From IMG/VR virus record IMGVR_UViG_3300036770_005357: a stretch of 64,000 bases of DNA; one strand, given 5' to 3'. Under the pieces are notes generated by a model, which was not told the DNA's origin, did not search any database, and was given only the letters and a program-made list of their open reading frames with translations. This DNA comes from a virus (lineage: Duplodnaviria; Caudoviricetes). The position numbers were made by a program, and so were the translations under genes. Below are positions 29,698-39,818 of this stretch, piece by piece. Position 1 is the stretch's first letter, and every line of letters begins with the position of its first letter.

Positions 29698-30487
29698 AAT
29701 TGGCATTGTTGGTTACGGATATGTTGGAAAAGCGTTTCATAATTTTTTTAAAAATCATTACGAATGTTTAATTTATGATCCAAACTTAAATACAAGCGTA
29801 ACCAAAGACGAAATCAATAAATGTAATTTAGCAGTTGTATGCGTTCCTACTCCCGAAAAACAAGATGGTAGTTGTGATACGAGTATTGTGGAAGAAACAA
29901 TTAGTTGGTTAAAAACGGAATTAATTCTTTTAAAAAGTACAGTTGAAATTGGCACAACCGATAAACTAATCAACACTTTTAATAAAGAAATTGTATTTAG
30001 TCCCGAATTTGCAGGTGAGTCAAAATATTGGACACCGGATGGATTTACAACTGATGTTAAACAAACACCATTCTTTATATTTGGTGGTAAAAAAGAACTA
30101 TGTTACAAATTAATTGAAATTTACACACCTATAACCGGTCCAAGCAAAACATACCGGGTAACAGATACAATCAGCGCGGAGATTACAAAATATGTAACAA
30201 ATACACATCTAGCTATGAAAGTTGCATATTGCAATGAAATATACGATTTGTGTGAAAAACTCGGAATAAATTATTATGAAATGAGAGATTTATGGTTATT
30301 AGATCCCCGTACTACTAAATCCCATACAGCTGTATTTGCAAATGACCGTGGATTCGGAGGAAAATGTTTTCCAAAAGACACAAAAGCTTTAGTCAAATTG
30401 GGAGATAAAGTTGATATAAATCTTTCAATTTTAAAAAGTGTGTTAAAAAGTAATGAAGAAATGATCAAAAAAAATAATGTTATTTGA
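29684..30487 (+). CDS. UDP-glucose/GDP-mannose dehydrogenase family protein, short form
   Basis: GYGYVG, VCVPTP, KSTV..GTT, SPEF, KYVTN, GFGGKCFPKD; C-terminal domain absent. Confidence 0.9.
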   Translation: MNKFKIGIVGYGYVGKAFHNFFKNHYECLIYDPNLNTSVTKDEINKCNLAVVCVPTPEKQDGSCDTSIVEETISWLKTELILLKSTVEIGTTDKLINTFNKEIVFSPEFAGESKYWTPDGFTTDVKQTPFFIFGGKKELCYKLIEIYTPITGPSKTYRVTDTISAEITKYVTNTHLAMKVAYCNEIYDLCEKLGINYYEMRDLWLLDPRTTKSHTAVFANDRGFGGKCFPKDTKALVKLGDKVDINLSILKSVLKSNEEMIKKNNVI

Positions 30488-30490
30488 ATT

Positions 30491-31294
30491 ATGATTGAAG
30501 ATAAATTTACCATATGTACTAGTTTTAATCATAGACTTTTTAAAGATCCACATCAAATTGCATATAAAAGTCTACCAAAAATTTTCAAAAATAGTAAATT
30601 TTATGTCTATCACGAAAATTCTTTTGATTCAAAAGTAGATAACATATCAATCGATTTTTCTGACAAATCGGACAATGTTATATTATACGATTTATATGAA
30701 AAATTTCCGTGGTTAGAAAATTACTTAAAAACAAGTCATTTTTCAAAACTATCTAATCATTCTAATTATTGGATAAGAAATTCGGAATATTGGTTTAGAA
30801 AAGTAGTAAGTCTTGTAGATTTTATTATGACTGCAAATGAAACCGAATATGGTATTTGGTTTGATTGTGATTCTACTGTTATCAAACCATTTGACCAAAG
30901 ATTTTTAAACCAGTTATCAAATAATGATTGGTGTTGTATTTTCAGAGAAGAGTGGGGAGTAACTATTGAAACCGGATTTCAAGTTTTTAAACTAAATGAC
31001 GACCGTGTTAAAAATTTTTGTTTAAAGTATTTAGAATATTATACAAGCGGCGATGTTTTTAAAAATGAAAAACAATATGCCGATAATTTTGTATTGGAAT
31101 CATGTTTTAAAAAATTTGACCACGATTTAAAATTAGGCCGGTTATTAACAAATAACTTTGATATTTACGAATATATCAAACACTTTAAACGCCCTTTAGG
31201 ATTAGTCCGTGAACGGAAACGATTGATTGAAAAAAAGAACGAATTTTATTTAAAAAATAACAAACTTTTTAATAAATCAATTATCAATATTTAA
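30491..31294 (+). CDS. GT-A-like hypothetical glycosyltransferase
   Basis: WFRKV..GIWFDCDS (DxD), ETGF; cluster context. Confidence 0.55.
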   Translation: MIEDKFTICTSFNHRLFKDPHQIAYKSLPKIFKNSKFYVYHENSFDSKVDNISIDFSDKSDNVILYDLYEKFPWLENYLKTSHFSKLSNHSNYWIRNSEYWFRKVVSLVDFIMTANETEYGIWFDCDSTVIKPFDQRFLNQLSNNDWCCIFREEWGVTIETGFQVFKLNDDRVKNFCLKYLEYYTSGDVFKNEKQYADNFVLESCFKKFDHDLKLGRLLTNNFDIYEYIKHFKRPLGLVRERKRLIEKKNEFYLKNNKLFNKSIINI

Positions 31295-31299
31295 TTTTT

Positions 31300-32055
31300 A
31301 TGAATGCTAATTGTATAGTAATGATCGCAATTGAAGATAATTTTTCAAAATACAACCATAAAGACTATTTTGAAATTTCAATTGAAGCTTGGAAGAAATA
31401 TTGTACTAAAAACAGTATAGATTTTATCTTAATTGATAAAAAATTAAATTCAATTCCACATTCAAAATGGACAAAACATTTTTTATTTGATTATATTGAA
31501 GATAAATATGAAAAGATAGGAATGGTAGATTTCGATACTATACCTAAGTGGGATATGCCTAATCCGTTTGAATTGTATAATGATGAATTTTGTGGAGTTA
31601 TTGATAATTGTAATTTAAATTGGTTAAACAATAGTCTAAATGCATATAAATCTACATTTCAAGAATTGGATGTCGATATAAAAATAAGCGAATACATAAA
31701 TAGCGGAGTCTTATTTTTTACAAAAAATCACAAATTTGTTTTTGAGGAAATGAAGCACTTTTATTTCAATAACAAAACGGTTTTAGATAATTGGAGTGTT
31801 TCAAACACCGGTCGAGATCAAACTATTCTAAACTTAGTTTTAAAAAAACTTAATATTAAAAAGAAATATTTTCCATATAGTTGGAACACAGTTTCTATGA
31901 TAAAAAAAGGAATGTTTTTTTATAATGATAAGTTACAAGATTTTACTCCTTTTTTTATAAAATATGGAAATATATGGCACTTTACCGGATTTTCAATTGA
32001 GGAAAGAACTAATATTATTAGACAACTTTGGTCTCAAACAAAACACTTATATTAA
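31300..32055 (+). CDS. Glycosyltransferase family 8-like
   Basis: MVDFDT, YINSGVLFF, DQTILN, WHFTG. Confidence 0.8.
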   Translation: MNANCIVMIAIEDNFSKYNHKDYFEISIEAWKKYCTKNSIDFILIDKKLNSIPHSKWTKHFLFDYIEDKYEKIGMVDFDTIPKWDMPNPFELYNDEFCGVIDNCNLNWLNNSLNAYKSTFQELDVDIKISEYINSGVLFFTKNHKFVFEEMKHFYFNNKTVLDNWSVSNTGRDQTILNLVLKKLNIKKKYFPYSWNTVSMIKKGMFFYNDKLQDFTPFFIKYGNIWHFTGFSIEERTNIIRQLWSQTKHLY

Positions 32056-32828
32056 TGAAAAACATAATATTTATCCCAGCAGTAATTTCTGACAAAGGAG
32101 AAAAAAAGTTGAGAAACACTCCTTTAATCAAAAAAATATTTGACTATAGTATACGAAGTTGGAAATACTTTGCTAATAAACATAATTGTACAGTAGTTGT
32201 TTTAGACGAACCAATATTAGATACTAATGTTACTAGTATGGCGTGGCAAAGATATTATGTTTTAGATTTATTGGAACAAAGTAATATTAAATACAATCAA
32301 GTCTTAATAGTAGATGCGGATACTATTGTACATCCAAATTGTCCTAACTTTTTTGAATTAACTGAAAACAAATATACCGGCGTACACGATGGTGTAGTAT
32401 ATGAATGGGTAATGAGAAGTGTAGAGTGTTACAGCAAATTATTATTTAACAACTATAACTTAAATGTTTGGAATTATATTAATGGTGGATTTCAAATAAT
32501 CAACGAATCACATAAAAATCATATAAATAAGTTCAAAGAATTTTATATAAATAACCGAGAGGAAATTTATCAAGTTGAATCCAATATAAAATTAGGTACA
32601 GATCAAACACCTATGAATTTCTTTCTACAAATAAATAATGTTGATACTAAAATTCTACCGTATGAATTTAACATGACGGGATTACATCTATCTGAAGGTT
32701 TGAACGAAGATTTAATTTTTACAAATTTAGGATGGGTTTATCATTTTAATGGTATACCTGATGAAACTTACGGTTCAAAAGTAGAATATTATATGAATAA
32801 AACTTTTAAAAAATTGTATGATAACTAA
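32055..32828 (+). CDS. Glycosyltransferase family 8-like (tandem paralogue)
   Basis: IVDADT, YINGGFQI, DQTPMN, YHFNG; TAATG coupling at 32053-32057. Confidence 0.8.
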   Translation: MKNIIFIPAVISDKGEKKLRNTPLIKKIFDYSIRSWKYFANKHNCTVVVLDEPILDTNVTSMAWQRYYVLDLLEQSNIKYNQVLIVDADTIVHPNCPNFFELTENKYTGVHDGVVYEWVMRSVECYSKLLFNNYNLNVWNYINGGFQIINESHKNHINKFKEFYINNREEIYQVESNIKLGTDQTPMNFFLQINNVDTKILPYEFNMTGLHLSEGLNEDLIFTNLGWVYHFNGIPDETYGSKVEYYMNKTFKKLYDN

Positions 32829-33780
32829 AAAGAACATCAATGGAAATCCAGAATTTGGTTGTGAGTTAACTTTAACCCTACCATATGCATATCATCTCCA
32901 TCTAAAGAATGAATTGGGAACCGTTAGAACTGTTAAAGGCATGAAACCATTTTATTTTTTTACAGACCAAATTGAAGAATATTATAATGATCGATCTGTA
33001 GATAATAAAGTGGCTTTAAAAGATGTACCGAATAATTGGATACACCACAATGCATTAGCAATAACCGGTAAAGATTATAGTGAACTAACAGACGAAGAAA
33101 AAAGAAATGTAAATGGTGTATTAGATTATAGAGAATGGACTCCACCTCCCATAAGGGAACATTATCTTAAAAATAATGAAATAAATATAAAAGAAAAATT
33201 CGTAGTAATATGCAATAGATTTAATCTTGAACACGGACACTTTCCATATGGATACTTTGATATTCCACTTTTACAAGATATCTTTGAATACTTTAATAAA
33301 ATTAATTACAAAGTAATTTATAAACGACCTGAAAATAATGAATTTCCAGTTGATTGTAATGAAACTAGTGATATCATAAATAAATACGGCATTAAAGCAG
33401 AAGATGCAAATGGAAATGTTGTTGATGATAAACAAATAAGCCGAATGTATGATAATGTTATCGTATTTGATGATTTACATAAAGAATATTCACATTTATC
33501 TTACAATGTTTTTCAATTACAATTATTTTCTAAATCTTCCGGTTTTATTTCGATGGGAGGTGGAAACACCCTATTGAGTTGTTATTTTAAACAACCTGTA
33601 GTTTCTTATTTTACTACTACAAAAGAAATGAGAGATAATTACTTTGGTAAAAATTCCTATTATAGGAAACTTTCAAATTGTGATTTTTATCCAATAAAAG
33701 ATCCAGAAAAAAATATACAAGAAAGAGGATATAGAGATTACACGGAATTATTAGAAACAATAAAAACAGTTTTTAAATGA
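32818..33780 (+). CDS. Hypothetical protein, possibly GT-B (GT9-like)
   Basis: PEFGCEL..LPYAY, VVICNR, FISMGGG; cluster context. Confidence 0.4.
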   Translation: MITKKNINGNPEFGCELTLTLPYAYHLHLKNELGTVRTVKGMKPFYFFTDQIEEYYNDRSVDNKVALKDVPNNWIHHNALAITGKDYSELTDEEKRNVNGVLDYREWTPPPIREHYLKNNEINIKEKFVVICNRFNLEHGHFPYGYFDIPLLQDIFEYFNKINYKVIYKRPENNEFPVDCNETSDIINKYGIKAEDANGNVVDDKQISRMYDNVIVFDDLHKEYSHLSYNVFQLQLFSKSSGFISMGGGNTLLSCYFKQPVVSYFTTTKEMRDNYFGKNSYYRKLSNCDFYPIKDPEKNIQERGYRDYTELLETIKTVFK

Positions 33781-34703
33781 AAAACAAGAAAATATTTATC
33801 ACAGGAGGAGCAGGCTTTTTAGGTAAAAATATCGTCAAAAGATATTATGACGATAATGAAATAACTGTATTTAGTCGTGATGAAGCAAAACACTATTATT
33901 TAAAAAAGCAATTTCCTAAAATAAAATGTGTTGTTGGTGATATAAGAAATTATGATCTGCTTAAAAGAAGCAGTAAAAATCACGAAGTAGGAATATTTGC
34001 TGCAAGTTTAAAGCAAATTGAAGCTGTCGATCAAAATGTTGAAGAATCGGTAAAAATTATAATTAATGGTGCCATTAATAGTAGAAGAGTCTCTGAAGAA
34101 AATAATTTTGAATCTGCATGTTTCATTTCTTCTGATAAAAGTCGATCCGCTACAACGCTTTATGGATCTATGAAATTCGTCGCAGGTGAAAGTTTTATTG
34201 TAAATTCAGACGCAAATTTCCCAAAACTAAGCACGGCTATTTACGGAAATGTATTAAACTCGACAGGTAGTATAATTCCACTAATTTGGAACGCTTTACA
34301 AAACAAATATGCATTAAAATTGTATTCTACGGAAATGACTCGATTTATGATATCAGTCGATGAGGCTATTGATTTAATAGAAGCTTCATTAAAAGTTAAT
34401 GGGTATAATGTAATACCCGAAGTAAAAAGTTTTCGTATACAAGATTTATTTGAAATATACGCCGAATTATTTGGTTTGAAATACGATGTAGATAAACCCC
34501 GAATTTCAGAAAAACTCCACGAAATCATGATATCGAGTGAAGAAATACCGCGTGTTAAAAAAGAAGATGCATATTTTTATATGCATTACAAAGAAACATA
34601 TAATCGAGTATCGTTTCCAAATAATGAATTCTCTAGTAAAGATGTATGTATAAGTAAAGAAAAACTAAACAATATTTTGAAATCCTTTAATTATTTTGAA
34701 TAA
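33777..34703 (+). CDS. Nucleotide-sugar 4,6-dehydratase (CapD/PseB/FnlA-like)
   Basis: TGGAGFLG, FSRDEAK, GDIRN, AASLKQ, SSDK, YGSMK, YGNV..STGS, MTRF. Confidence 0.9.
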   Translation: MKNKKIFITGGAGFLGKNIVKRYYDDNEITVFSRDEAKHYYLKKQFPKIKCVVGDIRNYDLLKRSSKNHEVGIFAASLKQIEAVDQNVEESVKIIINGAINSRRVSEENNFESACFISSDKSRSATTLYGSMKFVAGESFIVNSDANFPKLSTAIYGNVLNSTGSIIPLIWNALQNKYALKLYSTEMTRFMISVDEAIDLIEASLKVNGYNVIPEVKSFRIQDLFEIYAELFGLKYDVDKPRISEKLHEIMISSEEIPRVKKEDAYFYMHYKETYNRVSFPNNEFSSKDVCISKEKLNNILKSFNYFE

Positions 34704-35928
34704 TATGTATCCAGAGTATAAATTAAGAACCAGTTGTGCAATTTGTAAAAATTTAGAACTAAAAACAATTTTTGATTTCGATGAAATATCTTTAGCGGGA
34801 AATTTTCCAAAAAAAGATGAACTAAATCACTGTAAAAAATATCCTTTAAAATTAAAATATTGTACAAACTGTTCTTTGGTACAGACAGATAGTATAATTA
34901 ATTCGGATTTTTTATTCAAAGATTATCGTTACATGTCATCTATAGGTTTAAGTAAACATTTTTCTTCTGTAGCAATGTTGTACAAAGAAAAGTTCGGCTT
35001 AAATAATAACAGTAAAGTATTAGAAATAGGATCCAATGATGGAGTTTTATTAAAACCATTCATGGATTTAGGTATACCGTGTATGGGATTTGATCCATCC
35101 ATAAATATATCTAAAGTAGCACAAGAAAAGGGATGTAATGTAATTGTAGATTATTTTAGCAAAACGACGGCAACTAAATACCTAAAAGAAAATGATTATG
35201 ACATAATTTGTTCAAATAATTGTTTTGCACATATCGATGACATTCATTCTATACTGGAAGGAGTATCATATAGTTTAAAACCAGATGGACATTTCATAAT
35301 TGAAGTACATTATTTAAAAAACTTAATCGAACAGTTACAATATGACTTCGTATATCATGAACATTTATATTATTACTCGTTATCAGCTTTAAATTATTTA
35401 TTTAATTTACACGGATTATCAATTGTAGATTTTGAAGAAATCTCTATTCATTCGGGTAGTATAAGAGTATACGCTTCAAAAAATAAAAAAACAAATGAAA
35501 AGGTGGATAATCAATTAAATTTTGAAAAAAATATCGGAATGACAAATTTTGAGTATTTTGAAAATTACAGTCTCAAAGTTAAGAACCATATCATTTCTTT
35601 ACAAAATATAATAAAAAATTTAAAGAACGAAGGTTTTACTATAGCTGGGTACGGTGCATCTGGTCGAGGTAATGTGTTACTTAACATGTGTAAGTTTACT
35701 TCAAATGATATATCATTTATAATAGATGAATCACCCGAACGTTACGATCGTTATGTAGGTGGTACTGACATTCCCATATTCAATAAAAACTATTTAAACT
35801 TAAATAAACCGAATTATATTTTAATTTTGGCTTGGAACTATTCGGATATGATAATGGAAAAATTAAAATCCGAAAATTTCAAATATATAATTCCTTTTCC
35901 AACTGTAAAAATTCACTGTATTCCGTGA
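34696..35928 (+). CDS. NDP-hexose 3-C-methyltransferase
   Basis: Zn-binding CAIC..CTNC, LEIGSNDG, NNCFAH, YHEHLYYYS, GYGASGRG, LILAWNY. Confidence 0.92.
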   Translation: MNNMYPEYKLRTSCAICKNLELKTIFDFDEISLAGNFPKKDELNHCKKYPLKLKYCTNCSLVQTDSIINSDFLFKDYRYMSSIGLSKHFSSVAMLYKEKFGLNNNSKVLEIGSNDGVLLKPFMDLGIPCMGFDPSINISKVAQEKGCNVIVDYFSKTTATKYLKENDYDIICSNNCFAHIDDIHSILEGVSYSLKPDGHFIIEVHYLKNLIEQLQYDFVYHEHLYYYSLSALNYLFNLHGLSIVDFEEISIHSGSIRVYASKNKKTNEKVDNQLNFEKNIGMTNFEYFENYSLKVKNHIISLQNIIKNLKNEGFTIAGYGASGRGNVLLNMCKFTSNDISFIIDESPERYDRYVGGTDIPIFNKNYLNLNKPNYILILAWNYSDMIMEKLKSENFKYIIPFPTVKIHCIP

Positions 35929-36722
35929 AGATTTTAATACTAGGACATAAAGGAATGTTAGGACATATGGTGATGAAATATGTATCTCACCTTCAGATAA
36001 ATCATGAAATAATAGAACAACGATGGCCATCAAATGAATTCACGGAATCAATTAAAAATTCTAATTCAGACTTTTTAATAAATTGTATAGCATGTATTCC
36101 ACAAAAATATTCTACATGGAATTTATATAAAGAAACAAATATCGATTTACCGATTTTTTTAATAAAAAATTTCAACGGTAAAATAATAAATCCCACATCC
36201 GATTGTGAGTTTTCTGGAAATATAAAATTAGGCAAGTTTTACGAAAAAAACCATATGAAAGATGTTACAGATGATTATGGAATAAGTAAATCACATACAA
36301 CAAATATTTTATTAAACTATAATAATGTAAAACAAATAAGATCTTCATTAATAGGACCGGAAATAAAAGGTAAAGTGTGTTTAATGGAATGGTTTTTTAG
36401 ACAAAATAAAGATATACACGGTTATAATAACCATTATTGGAATGGTATAACTACCTTAGAATGGACAAAACAGTGCTTAAAATTAATAGAGAACTGGGAT
36501 AGATCGGATAACTTAATTCAGTTAGGTACAACTCCCATAACTAAGTATGATCTTTTATGTTTTTTAAATAAAATATTTGAATGTAAAAAAAACATAATAT
36601 CTATTAGTACGGAGTTTATTAATAGAAGTTTAAAAAGTGACTATTTAATAAAGAATATTGAAGATCAATTAATTGAGTTAAAACAGTTTTATTATGAAAA
36701 TAAGTTTCATTCAGCCGAGTAG
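35925..36722 (+). CDS. RmlD-like NDP-4-keto-6-deoxyhexose reductase
   Basis: GTG start overlapping the upstream TGA; ILGHKGMLG, INCIA, SDCEFSG, YGISK, IRSSLIGPE, WNGITT. Confidence 0.85.
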   Translation: MKILILGHKGMLGHMVMKYVSHLQINHEIIEQRWPSNEFTESIKNSNSDFLINCIACIPQKYSTWNLYKETNIDLPIFLIKNFNGKIINPTSDCEFSGNIKLGKFYEKNHMKDVTDDYGISKSHTTNILLNYNNVKQIRSSLIGPEIKGKVCLMEWFFRQNKDIHGYNNHYWNGITTLEWTKQCLKLIENWDRSDNLIQLGTTPITKYDLLCFLNKIFECKKNIISISTEFINRSLKSDYLIKNIEDQLIELKQFYYENKFHSAE

Positions 36723-37896
36723 AAATAACCTAAAATATCTTAAATGGAGTTATGAAGCTATTCGTAAAAATCTAAGCCATAAAGAACACGAAATATGTGT
36801 AGCAGACGATTTTAGTAATGATGGTACAGAGGATTGGTGTAAAGAAACCGCAGCAAAAGATCCAAATTTTAAATATATTCGTAATAACGGTCCAACTCGG
36901 TTGGGACATACTATTTTATATGATCGTTTAATCAATGAAGTTGCAACTAATGATGTGGTAATGATCTACCACGCAGATATGTACGCATGTCCTAATTTTG
37001 ATAAATATGTTGAAAAATATATTCAACCAGGCACAATTGTTAGTTTAACTCGTATAGAACCACCTCTACATCCACCAGGACCAGAAAAAATTTGTGTTGG
37101 ATTTGGTCAAGAGCCAGAAGAGTTTAAGGAACAAGAATTCTTAAAATGGTTCAAAGATACCAGTCTATCCCGTAAAGATAAAACCACAGAGGGTATTTTT
37201 GCGCCGTGGGCCCTTTATAAGAAGGATTTCCAATCTATAGGAGGTCATGATGAACTATATGCACCTCAAAGTAAAGAAGACAGTGATATATTTAATCGTT
37301 TCTTACTTAATGGTTATAAGTTTATTCAGACATGGGAAGGTTGTGTATATCATATGACTTGTAGAGGCAGTAGATATAATCCAACTATCACCACTGTAGG
37401 TAAAGAAAGTGACGAATGGTTAGCTCAAAACAATCGTAGTGCTAGAAACTTCATTCGTAAGTGGGGTCACTTTGTTAAACACAATGATACAATGAAACCT
37501 ATCGTACCTAAACGATATGATATTGGATTCGTTGTTAAGAATTGTGATGCTTATAAATTAGCTTTGTTAGAACCGTGGTGTGATACAATCTATACCGATG
37601 TACCATATGATCAATACATCAATATTGAACAAAAAAATACTAAGTTTGATTTAGATAAGAAACTCAAACGATATGAAGATCAAAAGATTAATGATGTTAT
37701 CATAGAATTTGATGCTAATAAATTAACCAACGAAAGTTTTGAATTTTTTAACTCGTTACAACTTATACTCGAAGATAGTGGTCAAATAGGTGATTCTGAA
37801 TTTGATATATTTAAATTAAAAATAAAAAATTTAAGTGATTATAGTAAAAACTTAATAAGTATTAACGATAATTGGTACAAAAATAAATTATTGTAA
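36694..37896 (+). CDS. Glycosyltransferase family 2
   Basis: SFIQPSRN, ADDFSNDGT, YHADM, GGHDE, EDSD, VYHMTCRG. Confidence 0.9.
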   Translation: MKISFIQPSRNNLKYLKWSYEAIRKNLSHKEHEICVADDFSNDGTEDWCKETAAKDPNFKYIRNNGPTRLGHTILYDRLINEVATNDVVMIYHADMYACPNFDKYVEKYIQPGTIVSLTRIEPPLHPPGPEKICVGFGQEPEEFKEQEFLKWFKDTSLSRKDKTTEGIFAPWALYKKDFQSIGGHDELYAPQSKEDSDIFNRFLLNGYKFIQTWEGCVYHMTCRGSRYNPTITTVGKESDEWLAQNNRSARNFIRKWGHFVKHNDTMKPIVPKRYDIGFVVKNCDAYKLALLEPWCDTIYTDVPYDQYINIEQKNTKFDLDKKLKRYEDQKINDVIIEFDANKLTNESFEFFNSLQLILEDSGQIGDSEFDIFKLKIKNLSDYSKNLISINDNWYKNKLL

Positions 37897-37909
37897 CTAA
37901 ACAAATATC

Positions 37910-38500
37910 ATGAACATAGAAAAAATTCTATCGATATTACCAGATAAATTTGCTAGTAAACGAACCACCTCAAAAAAATTTAAAACGGATCTTTACAACT
38001 TTTTTAACGAAGAAAAATATAAAGACTTTAAATGTGCTGAATTAGGCATTTTTAATGGCGATTCTACACTTTTATTATGTAATTTATTTAAACATGTAAT
38101 TGGAATAGAATATTCACAAAAACAAATTGATATAGCTACAAATTTTTTAAAAAAGAATAATTTAAATAATTTTGATTTTTTACTTCACGATTTATATAAT
38201 CGAAAATTTCCATATGTCGGTGAAATAGATGTTTTTATGATTGACGCTGTACATACGTATGAATGTGTTAAAATAGACACATTTAATTGTATAAATAGTA
38301 AAAAAGAATCTTCGATTGAAAACAAAAAATTATACTTTATATACGACGATTATGGTGCATTTCCCCCAGTTAAACAAGCAGTCGATGAACTAATTTCATC
38401 GAATGTTTTATCCGTAGTTAAAAAAATAGGATATATGCCTGGAGAAAATTTTGTAAACAAATTATTTGATTATGAAGGCATAATTTGTATAGAAACATAA
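37910..38500 (+). CDS. Class I SAM-dependent methyltransferase
   Basis: AELGIFNGDST, GIEYS, FMIDAVHTY, IYDDYG. Confidence 0.85.
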   Translation: MNIEKILSILPDKFASKRTTSKKFKTDLYNFFNEEKYKDFKCAELGIFNGDSTLLLCNLFKHVIGIEYSQKQIDIATNFLKKNNLNNFDFLLHDLYNRKFPYVGEIDVFMIDAVHTYECVKIDTFNCINSKKESSIENKKLYFIYDDYGAFPPVKQAVDELISSNVLSVVKKIGYMPGENFVNKLFDYEGIICIET

Positions 38501-38515
38501 AACCAATTTAAGAAA

Positions 38516-38911
38516 ATGACTTTATTTCACATGATAAATTACTTTATAATAGATTTTTCGTTACTATGTTTTATTTCTTTTATATTAATAGTGTGGTTTG
38601 AAAGTGATATAGTACAAACCTTTGCTAAATTAACAAAGACTCGGAATTTACTTAAGATACCGGAGTTTGAAAAATATAAACTTGAAGAAGACATAATGTC
38701 CAATTACGCTAACTTTTTATATGCAAAATATCCTGGCTATCTAACGAAATTGATTAGTTGTCCAATTTGTTTATGTTTTTGGACAAATTTAATTCTTGGT
38801 AATGTACTTTTATATTATTTAGGATTTCCCCAACTATATTTTTTAATTATTTTTTCTATAAACTATATTTTTAGTTTATTCTTTTATCTAATTATTAGAA
38901 AATTATTATGA
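38516..38911 (+). CDS. Membrane protein with CPxC..W motif (DUF1360-like)
   Basis: Three hydrophobic segments and LISCPICLCFW. Confidence 0.6.
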   Translation: MTLFHMINYFIIDFSLLCFISFILIVWFESDIVQTFAKLTKTRNLLKIPEFEKYKLEEDIMSNYANFLYAKYPGYLTKLISCPICLCFWTNLILGNVLLYYLGFPQLYFLIIFSINYIFSLFFYLIIRKLL

Positions 38912-39189
38912 CTGTAGGTGGTTATCAGGACTTTATAAATAAATTTGGCGCTGACAATATACCATCAATAGATAATTTAAAAAATTGTTTATTGATACTA
39001 GGAAAAATTTGCAATTGTCAAAAACAAAGAAAACATTTAAAATCGGAAGAATGTAATAAAGTTTATATTAACTTGATAAATTCTACAATTTCAAACATGG
39101 TAGATTATTTAAAAACAAAAACTACCGATGATGAAATAATATTTTATTACAACGGTAGTCATGAAATTAAAAGAATTAAATTGCGTTAA
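38908..39189 (+). CDS. Small hypothetical protein
   Basis: 93 aa, ATGA-coupled to the upstream gene, Cys-containing (CNC). Confidence 0.55.
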   Translation: MTVGGYQDFINKFGADNIPSIDNLKNCLLILGKICNCQKQRKHLKSEECNKVYINLINSTISNMVDYLKTKTTDDEIIFYYNGSHEIKRIKLR

Positions 39190-39817
39190 TCTTCTTTAGA
39201 GCCGTAGTTACATTCTCTAGAATATATGGATGTTCTTCTAGCTTAACATCATTTAGTTTAAACTTATAATCCTCCCACTCAAACGCATAATCTGCTTTAG
39301 CCTTAACTTTAGGGTTATTAAACAATTCATGTTCATTGGGAGCAGCTTCATAAATCTTTACAGGTTTAGCTGTACTAATTCTTCGTTTAGAAGGAGCTTC
39401 AGCCATCTGATATTTAGTAATATGAATCAACTTACCATCCATCTTTCGTTGTAACCAATAACACTCATCTTGTGGATAAACATCGTACCTTATATCAGTA
39501 ATAAAAACAAAATCAGCCTTGGATGTACTCATCCGAGTTTCTACTTTAGTAGTCCAATACTTACCTTCGCTGATTTTACGCATTACATCACCATACGCAA
39601 CAAGCAATGGTCTAATAACATTTTTCTCTTCAGTCTTTTCTGTAAAAACATCTATACCGGTTTTGTCTTTAAGCAATCCCTTCAAATCGCTCTTCAATTC
39701 ATATGCAAGTGCGTGTCGTTCAGTCTTAAAACCTTTATCAGTTAAAATCTTTTGTGCAACTGTAGTAAACAAATCTTTACCACTTCTAGCCAATCCACTT
39801 ATTCCTATAATCTTCAT
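39176..39817 (-). CDS. Deoxynucleoside monophosphate kinase
   Basis: IIGISGLARSGKD P-loop, RPLLVAYG, ITDIRY; start moved to MKIIG at 39817. Confidence 0.85.
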   Translation of the reverse strand: MKIIGISGLARSGKDLFTTVAQKILTDKGFKTERHALAYELKSDLKGLLKDKTGIDVFTEKTEEKNVIRPLLVAYGDVMRKISEGKYWTTKVETRMSTSKADFVFITDIRYDVYPQDECYWLQRKMDGKLIHITKYQMAEAPSKRRISTAKPVKIYEAAPNEHELFNNPKVKAKADYAFEWEDYKFKLNDVKLEEHPYILENVTTALKKINAI

Positions 39818-39818
39818 A

